Part shown: positions 36,421 through 50,790 of the stretch, piece by piece
Numbering within the stretch: position 1 is the first letter of the stretch
Layout: every line of letters starts with the position of its first letter
Source: Hemiscyllium ocellatum
Lineage: Eukaryota
Assembly (NCBI RefSeq): GCF_020745735.1
Contig: NC_083417.1
Coordinates: forward strand, 63,302,001-63,366,000
Direction of reading: 5' to 3'
DNA length: 64,000 bases
Translations under genes and position numbers: made by a program
The notes under the pieces: generated by a model
The model's database searches: none
What the model saw: only the letters and a program-made list of their open reading frames with translations
What the model was told of the DNA's origin: nothing

Positions 36421-37699
36421 TATTTAAATAAGCTCTTGCTGACCATCTTTTTGAATAGGTCTGTTTGAATAGATTGTTTCTCAAATTATATCGAACTCTG
36501 ATCCCGTGTTTTTTGACACCTTAGCTCATGCCTGTTCACTCAAACACTAATGCTTTGTTTTAGGCATCTCGGTGGTTGGCTAATTATGACTTGAGTTAAA
36601 CAAAGATATCTTAACTCACTTCTTGAACGACGAGGGTTGTGGCAGCTCACTCATTGAGAATGCTCACGACAGTAATTTGTTGTCCTCTTGATGCTAATAT
36701 CTCGAAGGATATGGACATAGTGAGGAAATGTGGTAGTGAGGTAGATGTCAGCCATAAAATAAATGAATGATAAATCGGGCTTCCCAGGCTGAATGGGCAA
36801 CTCCTGTTCTCTTTTATTAATGCTCATTTCTACTTTAGTCATTCAGAAATACAGAACTTAAAATTGTTAAAAGAAGATAAAATTCAAGCTTTATGTATTA
36901 TCTGGATAAGGATGCAAGAAAGAAACTTGTGAAAGGGCCAACAAATCAGACAGAATGACGATGCAGACCTAGTTATCTCTAGAGCTCGTTGATGCCACAC
37001 ATAATGAAATAATGCCTTGATGTCAAGACGGTCAGTCTCATCTCAAAGGTTGATTTGTCTTTGTTGGGTCTGAAACTATAATGAGATCTGGACTTAAGTG
37101 ACCATGGCAGATCATAAATCGACCATGAATAAATTGACTAATGTAAAACAAAGAACTATGGATGTTAGAAATTTGGAATCTGGTAGCATCTGTGGAGAGA
37201 AAAAAAAGTTGATGTTTAGAGTCCAGCGACCCTTCTTCCGAATGGATGAGTAGACTATTGATAGGTGAACGATGTTTAATGTCAGTGTCAAATACATATT
37301 GCATATTTTCTAAACTGCCCAGAGTAGATTGATTAATTGAGCAGCTTTAATTTATCCCGCCTTCTTTGGACAATTTTTCATCGACAGCTTTTCCACATAA
37401 CTAAAATCTTGGTCTTGAAAGGTAATGAATCATATGCAGGTCTAGGATTTCTGATGAATAGCTTATGATCGAAACATTGATTCTCCTGCTCCTCCGATAC
37501 TGCCTGACTGTCTGTGTTTTCTATCACAACAATCTTCGACTCTGATCTCCAGTACCTGCAGTCCTCACTTTCTCCTTGCAGGTATAGGATTGTCTGTTTT
37601 TCCAACTGATGATGAAAACATACTTAGTCGATATTAACTTGATACAAATTCATGAGTTTGGAAAATAAGTGCAGCCAGTCTTGTGTAGTGGCTTTGATT

Positions 37700-38740
37700 T
37701 TTTTTTATTCATCTGTGGAACTTTGTTGTCGCTGATTGGTCAGCATTAATAGCCCATCCGTATTTGCCATTGAGAAGGTGGTGGTGAGCTGCCTTCCTTG
37801 AATCACTGCAGTCCACTTGCTGTGGGTTGACTCACAATGCTAGTAGGGAAGGAATTCCAGAATTTTGACCCAGTAACTGAAAGGAATGGCGGTATATTTC
37901 CAAGTCAGGGTGATGAGTGGCTTGGAGGGAAACTTGCAGGTGGTGGTGTTCCCAAATACCTGCTGCCTTTGTCCTTCTAAATGGCAGTGGTCGTGAGTTG
38001 CAAAGTGCTATCTAAGGATCTTTGGTGAATTTCAGCAGTACATGTTGTAGATAGTACGCACTGCTGCTACTGAGCACTGGTGGTGGAGGGATTGAATGTT
38101 TGCAGATGTGGTGCCAATCAAGTGACTCGCTTTGCCCTGGATAGTGTCAAGACTCTTGAGTGCTGTAGGAACTGCACCCATCCAGGCAAGTGGGGAATAG
38201 TCCATTACACTCCTGACTTGTGCCTTGTAGATAATGGACAGGCTTTGAGGAGTCAGGAGATGAGTTACTGTCCGCAGTATGCTTAACCCCTGACCTGCTC
38301 TTGTAGCCACTGTGTGTTTCTGGTGAATCCTGTTGAGATTCTGGTCAATGGTAACCCATAGACTGTTGACAGTGGGGAATTCAGTGATGGTAATAGTGTT
38401 TAATGTCAAGGGACGGTGGTTAAAATCTCTCTTATTGGTGATGCTCATTGTCTGGCATTTGTGTGGTACAAATGTTACTTGCCACTTGTCAGCCCAAGCC
38501 TAGATATTGTACAGATCTCGTTGTATTTAAGCAGATTGCTTCAGTTTCTGAGGAGTCGTGAATGGTGCTAACATTGTGCAATCATTGGCGAACATCCCCA
38601 CTTCTGACTTTATGATAGAGGGAAGTTTGTTGAAGAAGTAGCTGAAGATTGTTGGGCCTAAGACACGACCTTAAGGGACTCCTGCAGAGATGTCCTGGAG
38701 CTGAGATGACTGACCCTCCACAGCCACAACCATTTCGAAT
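37700..38740 (-). mobile_element. L2/CR1-like LINE 3' part
   Basis: ORF 38032..38448 (IYKAQVRSVMDYSPLAW); same family as 26990-28030. Confidence 0.8.
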
Positions 38741-39283
38741 GTGGTGCTATTGGAACCATCCCAGACTGAATGAATTCAAGGAAGATACCTGTGGTCATGA
38801 TCTTGCAAAGATAATTTCCCCATTCACTTCATTTCCCAAAATGGATTTTAATGGAAAGCTTTTGCTCCATTCTTTTCACTTGGAGAATGAGCTATCTGGT
38901 ATGCCTTGAATGCTGTATACCACAGTAGTTTTGAACTTATTTGGTACTTTGGGGTGCAGTAGAATATTATATCTGGCATACGCTGGATGCCAGCCAGAAA
39001 TTTAGAATCTGGATAGTCTTCATCAGAAGAGATGACCGGATCATGTTAACTCTGTGTTCTCCCCACAGATGCTGCCAGACCCGCTGGGGTTGACAGCAAT
39101 TTCTGTTTTTGTTACAAATCACCAAGTTCTTTATTTTAATTAATTAACTAGAACTGCTGTAAATATGCGTTATTTTTACAAACGTGTTTTGAAGGTGATG
39201 CATGCAATTACATCGTAATGCATATTGTCTGTTACAAATTCTTGAGGTCAAGGGAGATCTGTATGTAGATCATGAGTACCAAT

Positions 39284-39907
39284 GTTAAAAAATGACTCAA
39301 CACCAGGTTTTGGTCCAACAGGTTTATTTGGAAGCACTAGCTTTCGAGATGCTACGTCTTCATCAGGTGATTGTGGAACATAACGTTCCAGAACAGAATT
39401 TATAGCAAAAGGCTCAGAATGTCATGGAGTTGTAATGATATATTAAACAACTTCAGTTAAAATTCACACAACAGCAAGTTATAATTCTGAAGCAAATTTC
39501 GATTAAGTTTTTCATCTTTTAGAATGGGATATGGTGGTTTAGGTTCTTTAATAGGTAAATACCAGAATTACGTTCTGAAGGTGGCATCTTCTTATCTGAT
39601 AATAGGTGTCATCTCAGCTCAGACAATGCATTAAATGTGTGAAAGTAAAGTCTATACCAATGTTGAGACTTTTCTATTTCTAACATGCGGCTTACAGAAC
39701 CTTACATGGATTTATGCAGTTTTTGAGCAAAATAACGTCATTTTGGAAATACAAATTCACCCCATAAACTTGTGCGTGCATGCAGCAGAGACAGCGTGGG
39801 TGTATGGATGTGCAAGAGTGTGCGTATGTGTGCGTGTAAGCTTGGTCAAGATAGTGCTTACAAATAAACCTGTTGGACTATAACCTGGCGTTGTGTAATT
39901 TTGAACT
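39284..39907. mobile_element. ~620-bp non-coding element bounded by inverted repeats (MITE-like or Penelope-derived)
   Basis: Arms 39298-39330 and 39861-39893 match at 30/33 as an inverted repeat; absent in copy 1. Confidence 0.75.
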
Positions 39908-41422
39908 TTGTCCACCCCAAATCTTGAGTAGCAAAGTTATAAAGGATCTGCTAATATTGGGAATGATGGAAAATGGAATTTGCTTTGCACGTGCAGTGAA
40001 AAACCTGGATTGGTTCGATCTTGTGCAATGCAGCGACACATTAAAGGTCACTGATTGTAACTTTGACAAACCACAAGAAGTGATAGGTGACGCCTTCCAC
40101 ACTCTTATTCCTCTTATTGCTGTTGCCCACCCCTCACCCTTGCAAATCACCCACCCTGTTAGCCAAACAAGCTTACCAGCTTTAAAGCAGCAAATTGATG
40201 GGTGAGGGAATTTCAAAATCAGTTGTCCCATCACTATGAAAATGTCCTATAATATTGTACCTGAACGACTCTTTACAGTCCAACACTTTATTAGTGCCGA
40301 TATACTGCCAGATAAAAGTCAATATAGACATTGGTCAGACTTACATCTTGTTTATAACGGAAATCCAACGGTCCTCTGGTCAAACAAATTCTTGCACACA
40401 ATGAAAGATTTTTAGCTAGCTCTTTTCAAATTCCTCTCTGCTTTATGAGGGATTGAACGTGGGCACGTACGATTTTCCTGAAGTCTTTTAAACGTCTTCA
40501 GTTCCCAAAACGTCTATTAGGCTCGAAATAAATTGATTTACAATGCTGGAACCATGCACGTGTCTTTATATTATGCTCTGATTGGCACGTGTTACAACAT
40601 CACAATGAAAGCTGCTCAACTCTGGTTGACAGTCCTGTTGATAGAATTGGATCTCTGGGATTGGACTCTCACTGGGCCAATCTTTGAGCATCAAGAACTA
40701 AATTGTTCCTGTCTTTCAGTAGGTTCATTCTATCCTGTTCTATCCAACTCACTCAACCTACTGCAGTATAGTTTGATTAAATAAAAGGCCTTGCAGCCCA
40801 AATGCTATTTTCTACTTTGTTTTTGAATACAATGATACTATATCTTGTTTACATTGGTGTAGCAGCTCCATCTCTGGAACATTCAAGTAATGTTTTCGCC
40901 TTCAATGTAGAAGCTAATTACATCTCTGTGCTTGTTAGGTTTGGCTGTTCTTTTATTGAAAACGGCAGGCATTAAACTCAAATAACTAAAGCAAAATTGG
41001 TTTCGGGACAAGTTGTGGAGTTTTGGATGCAGTGGCCTTCCTCCTGCCTACCGATCCCATGACATAGAAAACTATGTATGTTTATATATAGAAGACCATG
41101 TTTACTGAATGATGACTTTCATTTCAAATAGTATCAGGTCTCGCAATGGTATGTAAAGATATTTGTGAAACTCTGCAAACTAACTCCAAAGTCAATGCCA
41201 ATTTCGAAATGCACAAACAAGTGTATGTTTACAAACCAGAACACTTGGTTTGAACTTAGTTTTCAACTTGTGACAAGTTGAAAATGGTTTTGGAAACTTT
41301 GCCCTCGGTGTGGTCAGCTCCTGACATTACGTGGGTTTTTTTTAATGGATTGGCCAGCAATTCTTCCATGTAGCATTTCCCAATAAACACAGATATTCCA
41401 GATATTTAGTTCTTAGCCTAAC

Positions 41423-42029
41423 TGTTATTATGGACTCAGCCGGAACACTCAAAACATCCTTAAATAGGCAGCCCAGACCATAAATTTGCAACTTTTTTCG
41501 GTAAGTGTACAGTGAAAATTACTCACAGTAAGTTAGCTAGGTTGACAACTAAATTTTAAAACAGACACAACTTTATTCACAAAATTACACAATGGAACAC
41601 AACGATCAGAATAAAGAACCCCTACAGAACTCAACCTATCTAACTAGACTTAATTATGCTTTTCTGAATATTTACAAGAGTCTCAATAAGTAAACTCTCT
41701 TTAAAGCCAGTATAATTCTAACACATGCTTACAGATTGAAGTTGTAGGACAGAAAAGAGAGAGAGAGTTTTCACACAGCTTCCTATTGAATTTCCAACTA
41801 GTTCAAAGTTGAACTAAAACTGCTCAGCTCAGTTAGCTAAAGAGCTGACACTCCCCTTTCTTTACACACGTCACTTCTCATTTGTTTACATAGAAGTAAA
41901 AGGCCTCTCAAAATTCTTTTCATCTCTGTACCAAACCAGACTGATTGGAGCCCGGCTCGGTTTATTGATACTTTGAAAAGAAAATTAAGGACACAGCTTT
42001 TAGGAAAAAAAAGGACTAGCTTTGTGACA
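41423..42029 (-). repeat. 3' LTR (TG...CA)
   Basis: tgtta...gtgaca termini, adjacent polypurine tract. Confidence 0.85.
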
Positions 42030-45000
42030 CCTCCCCCGTTAAAAAAAATGAACGATCAATCCCAGAGAATGGCTTCATTTTTAACCCTTCAAAACTCAGT
42101 TCATAGACTAAACACACATATATACAATATTAACGATAAACATGCAAATATGCACAACCACATGCAAATTCAGGCTGCGGTGCACCGACCACTGAATGCC
42201 TCCATATCTCATTCGAATCTGGTAACACATCAGCAATAATATTTTTGTAACATCGCACATGCCCAATTATCAAATTGAATGGCTGCAACACCAAGCTCCA
42301 TCTGAACAGTCTGGCAATTTTTTTCTTAAATCTTTCCACAAATGCCAATGGGTTGTGATCAGTGTGTACGATTATCACAGATGCATTGCTGGTAATATAA
42401 ACACTGAAAATGCCAACACCAAGCTTAAAGTCTCTTTCTCCACTATTGAATATTTCTGCTGATGCACATTCAACTTTCTGGAAAAATACCCGATGGGTCT
42501 TTCTATCCCTTCATCATCCTCCTGCAGGAGCAACACACCAGCACCCACATCTCTGGCATTGAAAGGTTTCGTGTAATCTGGTGCAGCTAATACTGGGGCA
42601 GTGGTTAACACAGTTATTAGGCTGTCAAATGCCTTTTGACAGTCCACTGTCCAATTCAACCTCTTGCCTTTTTTTAAACAATTCAGTGAGTGGAACAGCT
42701 ACACTGCTAAAGTTCAGTGCAACCTTGCGGTAAAATCCACTCATCTCCAGGAATTGTGGTACTGCTTTTTTGTTGACGGAGTGGGAAATCCCCGAATTAC
42801 TTTCATTTTTGCATCTCGTAGTACCGTTTGTCCATGTTCAATAACATGGCCCAGGAAAGTGACTTGAGCGTTCGCAAATTCACTTTTACCTAGGTTCACC
42901 ACCAATGCCTTCCGAAGTCATTTGAATAAGTCTGCTACATGCTGCACATGCTCCTTCCATAAGGAACTAACATGGCTGTTGGCGAGGTCCAGTCACTGCA
43001 AATCACTTCGATTATGCCATCTTGGAACATGCAATCTATCTCCTTCTGAACCTGTGCCAACTTTAGAGGATTATGCCCATAAGGATGTTGCTTAATCAGT
43101 ACAGCATCCCCTATATTTACATCATGCACAATTAGGTTAGTACTTCCCGGTTTATTTCTGTATATATCTCTCTACGTGATAGTAATAACTTTTTCAGGTC
43201 ATTTCGATTTTCTTGTGGAAGGTAACTTAATAATTTATCCCAATTTTTGAAAACTTCCTCATTGTTCAATATGGTTTGAGGAATGTCCAATTCAGAATCC
43301 TCTGAACTTGGTTCGTCGTTCTGTGATGTGATCATTAACACCTTCTCCTCTTGCTATCCTTCCCTTCAAAACACCTTTGTGGGATACTCACATGACACTC
43401 TGTGAGATTTCTTCCTGTCTGGAGTTCTTATCAAGTCAATCACCATACTCAATTTCTTCTCAATTTGATATGGTCCACTAAAGCTTACTTTTGAAGACTC
43501 ACCTAAAACTGGAAGTAACACCAATACCAACACTATTTACCAATTGCAAAATAGTGAATTTGTGATTTACTTTTCGATTCCTGTTTTTTTGTGTATGCTG
43601 TGATACTTTTAAATGCTGTCTAGCCAACTCTCCAGCTTGACTTAATGGTTCTCTAAAATTTGATGTATAGTCCAAATGGGTAGTCTCTGAATTCTGACTT
43701 ATTAATTTCTCCTCAGTCAATATTAATAGTCCTCTTACTTCATGCCCCAAAATTAATTCAAGTGGATTGAATTTGGTTAAGGAATTCAGTGCACCTCTGA
43801 TCACAAAAAGTACAAATGGAACTCCCTTATCCAAATCATCTGGATAATCCTAGCCATAAACCCTCAACATGGTATTTAGTGTTTGATGCTATTTCTCTAG
43901 TGCTCCTGTTATTCGGATGATATGCAATAGATTTGAATAGCTTTATTCCCAAGTTGTTCATAACCTCCTTGAATCGTTTGGATGTGAAGTTTGATCCTTG
44001 ATCTGACTGGATCTCTATTGGTAGTCTGTATCTAGTTAAAACAAAATTCTTCTGGAAACCTTTAAGCTGTGATGTTGCGTAATGGGATTGCCTCTGGAAA
44101 TTTAGTCGATACATCCACTATTGTTAGTAAGTGCTTATTCTCACTTTTTGTTCGAGACAGCGGCCTTCGCAATTAATAATGACTCTTGTGAAAGGTTCCT
44201 CAAATGCTGGAATATTTATAAAAGGTGCAGGTTTTATTACTGCCTGTACTTTTCCAATTAGCTGACATGTATGACACGTCTGGCAAAATTCAACTACATC
44301 CGGGCTAGTAAAAATGTCTTTGTATTTTAGCCTGTGTTTTCCTCACCACTAAATGACATCCAAGTAGAAATTCATGCGCCACTGGCAGCACTTCCTTTGT
44401 ATACCCTACTGGCAAAACAATTTTATGAATCCCTGCCTACCTCTCATCTGCTTGGATGTGTATTGGTCTCTGTTCCCTCAATAAGAACATCATTTGTTAA
44501 GTAATAACACACTGGGATGCACTCACTTTCTTTCTCAAAGAAAATATCTTTCAATATAACTGTTTTAACTCCTCATCTTTCGGCTGCAATTCAGTAAGCT
44601 TAGCAGATGCTTGCATATTTACTTATTTGCTCCTCCTCCGTTCAACTTATCTGATCAAAAAAAAAGATTTGGATAATGCTATGTCAGTATCCTTGTCTAT
44701 GCCTTTTGCTTCAACTGCAATCTTGTGATCAAACAATTCGGGAAAAAAAAACTTGGATAAACCTTCTCCATATCTTCAGTTGCCTGCATCTCTACTGGCT
44801 TTTCACCTAGAGTAGGCCGCATACCTAGCGTTGAATTAACCGTATCATTTGCAAGGAGAAATTGTATTCCTGGAGCTGAGAGTTTGTCCAGTACACCTAC
44901 CACAAATTCTCCACTCTTCTGTGGACTCTCTAGCTTCACTTTACATAATTGAGAACTTTTTGTCTCATCATGAATGTCTGTTATGTGTACCTTTTCTGGC

Positions 45001-45717
45001 AATAGTTCCTCAGGAATGCATATTTCTGCACCCTTTAGCATTACAGACTGAAAGAATCCAATGCCCATTAATACTATTCCTGGCTTATGTGAATAAACTT
45101 TATGCTTGCTGGTGTATTTTTAAGCAGATCTGGCATTTCCTCTGTAATCAAGCTCTGATCATCTTGGACACTCTGAAGTTGTATAACTTCCCTGTGCTTT
45201 TTGTTACCAGTGCAACAATACTTTCAGCTTGTCTGGTTTTCCTACATCTGGTTTCCTCTTAGCCCACCAACACTGTGATTTCGTGTGGCCCACTTTATTA
45301 CAATGAACACACTGGAGCCTTTTAGCTTCTTTGTCCTCCTCAAGAGTTTCTTTTTAACCCTGTAATAAGTTATCCCAATGATCTTTACTGAGATTTACCT
45401 TTCCCTTACCATGTGAAGATTTCTCGTTGCCCCAATTTCTATCCCTCATGGACTGAAATTGATTCTGGTTGTCAAACTGAGTTTTGTGGACGAGCTCGGA
45501 ATCATCAGCTACTTCAGCTGCCAACCTTGCTGTTTTAAACCTCTGCTCTTCCACATGAGTTCACACTACTTCAGGCAGTAAATTTTTAAATTCTAAACTA
45601 ATTAACTCTCTAAGGGCATCATAGGTTTGCTCGATTTTTAAAGCTTTTACCTATCTATTGAAATTACTCTGTTTGATCCTTTCAAACTCAATATGGATTT
45701 GACCAGGGTCACTCCTT

Positions 45718-46005
45718 AGATTCCTGAAACGTTGTCTATACGCTTCTGGAACAGACTCATATGCACTTATAATTTTTTCACCTCCTTGTACTCCCCAGAT
45801 ACCTCCTGTGATAGAGATGCAAATACCTCACTAGCCCTACCTTCAAGTTTCGTTTGGATTCAGATTCCTGAAACGTTGTCTATTCGCTTCTGGAACAGAC
45901 TCATATGCACTTTTAATTTTTTCACCTCCTTGTACTCCCCAGATACCTCCTGTGATAGAGATGCAAATAACTCACTAGCCCTACCTACAAGTTTCGTTTG
46001 GATCA
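45718..46005. repeat. Two-copy 144-bp tandem duplication inside gag
   Basis: attcctgaaacgttgtcta at 45720 and 45864; about 4-5 mismatches. Confidence 0.92.
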
Positions 46006-46707
46006 ACAAAACCCACATTGCCACTGGCCATTACATTTGTTAAGCCACCTTTTCAAATGAGATAAAAAAAGACTTCCACAGCCTTCTTATCAACTTTAGG
46101 AAATGCTTGAACATACTTAAACAGTTTCTCACCAGGCTTCTGACTACCAGGTACTTGCTCATCCTTACTCTCTTCCTCACTAAGTCTACCCTCAGCCTTT
46201 ATCTCCAGCCTTTTAAGTTGAGTTTCCTTTTGAAGTGTCAATTTTTCAAGTTGAAAAGCTCTATTTTACTTTCTCTGCTCTCTCTTTTTCCCTCTCTTCT
46301 GCTTCTAATCACCAGTCAACCTGTTTCATTTTAGCAGCCCTTTCCTGAGCTCTTGCCTCTAACTCAAGCTGCTTCATTTGCATTTGAATTCCTGCCATCT
46401 CTATAGATTCTGATGGTTTCTCTAGGAAGTTTAAATTCTGAGATACTGCTGTAATTATCTCTCCTTTCCTCACAGAAGCAGGCAGTTTCATTTTCAGCAT
46501 CTCTGCTAATTCCTGCTGCTGGTCTCATTTACTTTTGCAAAACATCTACAGTCACCGCATTCACTTCCAGAAAACTTTTGGGGACTGAAAGAGCCATTAC
46601 TTTGACTGAAAGAGAGTTTAGCTTTGTCTACCAAACCAAACCAACACCCAAAATGTAGAAAATAGCACCTCCCACTCACTGTTTAAAGTCCTGCAAAGAG
46701 CCCACCA

Positions 46708-47345
46708 TCTATTAAAAACTAGGTCAGACCATTCAAGACATTCTTAAGCAGGCAGCCCCAGACCATAAATTTGCAATTTGTTCTGCTAAGTCTACTTTCA
46801 AAATTGCCTGGAGTAAATTAGCTAGGTTGACTACTAGATTTTAAAACAGAGAAAAAGTAATTCACAAAATTACACAATGAAACACAAAGAACAGAGTAAA
46901 GGACTCATACAGAACTCAACATATCCAACTAGACTAAATTATGCCCTTCCAAATATACACAATTATCCCTTAAAAACCAGTATAAATGGAACACATGCTT
47001 ACAGGTTGAGATCGTAGGGCAGAAAAGGGAGCGAAAGTTTCCACACAGCTCCCTGTAGAACGTCCAACTAGTTCAAGATTGAACTAAAACTGCTCAGCTC
47101 TGCTAGAGTGCTGACTAACCCCCCTTTCTTTACACAGGTCACTTCTACAACGTGACCACTTTGGCCTGAAGTCTCATCTGTTTACATGTAAGCAAAAGGC
47201 CTCTCAAAATCCTTTTAATCTCTGCACCGAACCAAACTGATCAGAGCCCGGCCCAGTTTATTGCCCCTCTGAAAAATATCAAAGTCAGAGTCTCCTTGAG
47301 CCAAAGAACAACTTCTGGGGAAAAAAATTAACTAGCTTCGTGACA
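46708..47345 (-). repeat. 5' LTR
   Basis: About 80% similar to 41423-42029 by eye; ends gtgaca at 47345. Confidence 0.8.
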
Positions 47346-48090
47346 TTGTAATGCATGTTAATAGCAATTGGTTCATGTTTTATAATGCATAACGAAATAC
47401 AATGCACCAGCATCCATTACTATCTTCCATCTTCCCAATATATCTAGAGTCTCAGCTGCGCCGATTTCTTCATCACGTTTATTTCTGCACATTGTTCTGT
47501 TGTTTGGGTTTTGATGCTTTCTTGGAATCAGTTATTTGCAGAGCAACATTAACCAGCTTTTTATCTTCTCTTCCTTCATTGGTCTGTGAAAGTAAAATTA
47601 AATATCGCCCGGTAGTCCATCGGCGACTCATCCACAGAGACAGTCGAGGTTTTAGTAAAAAGGCTTCAGTGGAATTTCGTCTCATCAATTTCCAACTTCA
47701 GGTTGTAACTGGGTTTTGTATTACTTTCTATCTGCCATATCTCTTCATGATATAGCCCAACCATAAAAATTCTTGTTATTCTGGTTTCAACGTCTTGCAA
47801 AATGAGTTAGGATTTAAGGGAACCGGTTAGTACTTCAACTAAAGTTGCAAAGACATTAAACGCTGGTGTGCTAAAAGTATTTGCAATGCTGACATTGCAA
47901 TACATTCCTTTCAAGTTCCAGTTGCGGAGCTGTGACGGCCAATAAAATCTATTCATCCAATGGAGAGGCCTCAAGTCATACTTTGTAACTGCCTTTACTA
48001 CACCGCTTCTGACTTTCCAGACCATGGGACGCAGGGTGAATATGGCGAACTTTGGCTGAAATGTTCGGATCCAGTACAGCGAGGATGTTA

Positions 48091-50790
48091 AACATAGAAC
48101 ATAGAACATAGAAAAATACAGCGCAGTACAGGCCCTCTGGCCCTCGATATTGCGCCGACCCAAGCCCACCGAACCGACATTAGCCCATTATCCTCCATAT
48201 GCCTGTCCAATGCACGTTTAAATGCCCATAAAGAGTGAGAGTGCACCACTGCTACTGGCAGGGCATTCCATGAACTCACGACTCGCTGAGTAAAGAATCT
48301 ACCCCTAACATCTCCTATACCTACCTCCCCATAATTAGAAGCTATGTCCCCTCGTAATAGCTGACTCCATACGTGGAAAAAGGTTCTCATTGTCAACCCT
48401 AACTAAACCCCTAATCATCTTGTACACCTCTATCAAGTCACCCCTAAACCTTCTTTTCTCCAATGAAAACAGCCCCAATTGCATCAGTGTTTCCTCATAC
48501 GATCTTCCAACCATACCAGGCAACATCCTGGTAAACCTCCTCTGCACCCGTTCCAGTGCCTCCACATCCTTCCTATAGTATGGCGACCAAAACTGCACAC
48601 AATACTCCAGATGCGGCCTCACCAGAGTCTTATACAACTGCAACATGACCTCAGGACTACGGAACTCAATTCCTCTACCAATGAAAGCCAGTATGCCATA
48701 TTCCTTCTTCACAGCACTATTTACCAGGGTGGCAACTTTCAGAGATCTATATACATAGACACCAAGATCCCTCTGCTCATCCACACTACCAAGTATCCGA
48801 CCATTAGCCCAGTACTTCATCTTCTTGTTACTCTTACCAAATGAATCACTTCACACTTACCTACATTGAACTCCATTTGCCACTTTTCTGCCCAGCTCTG
48901 CAGCTTATCTATATCCTGTTGTAACCTGTCACATTCTTCCTCACTGTCAACAACTCCACTGACTTTCATATCATCTGCAAACTTGCTCTCCCAACCTTCT
49001 AGCCCATCCTCCCGGTCATTTATAAAAATGACAAACAGCAATGGTCCCAAAACAGATCCTTGTGGAACACCGCTAGTAACTGCACTCCAAGATGAACCTT
49101 CACCATCAACTACTACCCTCTGTCTTCTTCCAGCCAGCCAATTTCCTAATCCAAACCTCTAACGCACCCTCAATGCCACACCTCCATATTTTCTGCAGTA
49201 GCCTACCATGGGGAACCTTATCAAACACCTCACTAAAATCCACATACACCACATCTACCGCTTTGCCCTCGTCCACTTCCTTAGTCACCTTCTCAAAGAA
49301 TTCAATAAAGTTTGTGAGGCACGACCTGCCCTTCACAAAGCCATGCTGACTATCCTTGATCACATCATTTCTATCCAGATGTTCATACATCCTATCCCTT
49401 ACAATTCTCTCTAAGACTTTGCCCACAACAGAAGTGAAACTCACCGACCTATAGTTACTAGGGTTATCCCTACTCCCCTACTTGAATAAGGGAACCACAT
49501 TTGCTACCCTCCCGTCTTCTGGCACTATTCCTGTTGACAACGAGGACATAAAAATCAAGTCCAATGGCTCTGCAATCTCCTCCCTTGCTTCCCAGAGAAT
49601 CCTAGGATAAATGCCATCAGGCCCAGGGGACTTATCTATATTCACCCTTTCCAGAATTTTCAACACCTCCTCCCTACATACCTCAAAGCCATCCATTCTA
49701 ATTAATTGTGACTCAATATTCACATCGGCAACAATGTCCTGTTCCTGAGTGAATACTGACGAAAAGTATTCAGTCAGTGTCTCTCCAATCTCTTCAGCCT
49801 TCACGCACAACTTCCCACTACTATCCTTGACTGGACCTATTACTACCCTAGTCAATCTTTTATTCCTGACATAACTATAGAAAGCCTTTGTGTTTTCCCT
49901 AATCCTACCAACCAAGGACTTTTCATGTCCCCTCCTTGCTGCTCTTAGCTCTCTCCTTAGATCCTTCCTGGCTACCTTATAACTCTCAATCGCCCCAATT
50001 GAACCTTCACGCCTCATCTTTAGATTGGCCACCCTCTTCCCTTTAACAAGGGATTCCAATTCCTTATTAAATCACGGCTCCCTCGCACGACCCTTTCCTC
50101 CCTGCCTGACAGGTACATACTTATCAAGGACAGTGAATAGCTGCTCCATGAATAAGCTCCACATATCGATTGTGCCCTACCCTTGAAACCTATATTTCCA
50201 AGCCACGCATTCTAAGTCATGCCTCACTGCATCATAATTTCCCTGCCCCCACCTATAACTCTTACCCTGCAGTGCACACTTATCCTTCTTCATCACTAGA
50301 GTAAATGTCATCAAATTGTGGTCACTATCCTCAGAGTACTCACCTACCTCCAATTCTAACACCTGGCCTGGTTCATTACCCAGAACCAAATCCGTATGGC
50401 CTCACCTCTTGTTGGCCTGTCTACATATTGTGTCAGGAAACCCTCCTGCACAAATTGGACAAACACCGACCCACCTAACGTCCTTGAGCTATAGCTTTCC
50501 CGGTCAATATCTGGATAGTTAAAGTCCTCCATAACAACCACCCTATTACTTTCACTCTTCTTCTGAATCATCCTCTTCGTCCTTTATTCTATGTCTCTAG
50601 GACTATTAGGTGGCCTCTCCTGCGCGCCTTTATTGGGAAAACCTACCCAGGTAAGGTTGCGCTACACCAGCTTCCGGGTCCGCTCAGCGCTTTAAACAAA
50701 ATGTTAAATTTAAACCGAAAAACTTAACCGTGACTACAAAGAGATACCACCAAACAGCCCTTACCTGCTCCGCCGAGAGAGTGACCTGGA
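48091..50790 (-). mobile_element. CR1-type LINE with APE-RT fragments, (ATAGAAC)n tail, ORF1 apparently missing
   Basis: ORFs 48088-50571 (FADD, YVDFSEVFDKVPH, KSPGPDGIYPR, DFNYPDID); absent at paralogous site near 15110. Confidence 0.9.

Larger units (their letters stand above)
41423..47345 (-). mobile_element. Gypsy LTR retrotransposon, Gmr1-like, two LTRs, degenerate
   Basis: LTRs; PPT aacgggggagg before the 3' LTR; PBS-like tggtgggctc; gag with CCHC knuckle LQCVHCNKVGHTKSQC (~45270-45315); integrase IQSDQGSNF; RT IKQHPY..SDWTSP; RNase H PIGYFSRKL, VHTDHNPL. Confidence 0.92.

Noticed and set aside
48091-48115. Short tandem repeats (ATAGAAC)n, and (ATTCA)n near 60775, as CRISPR-like or satellite arrays
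   Set aside because: They are LINE 3' tails with no spacers, in eukaryotic DNA
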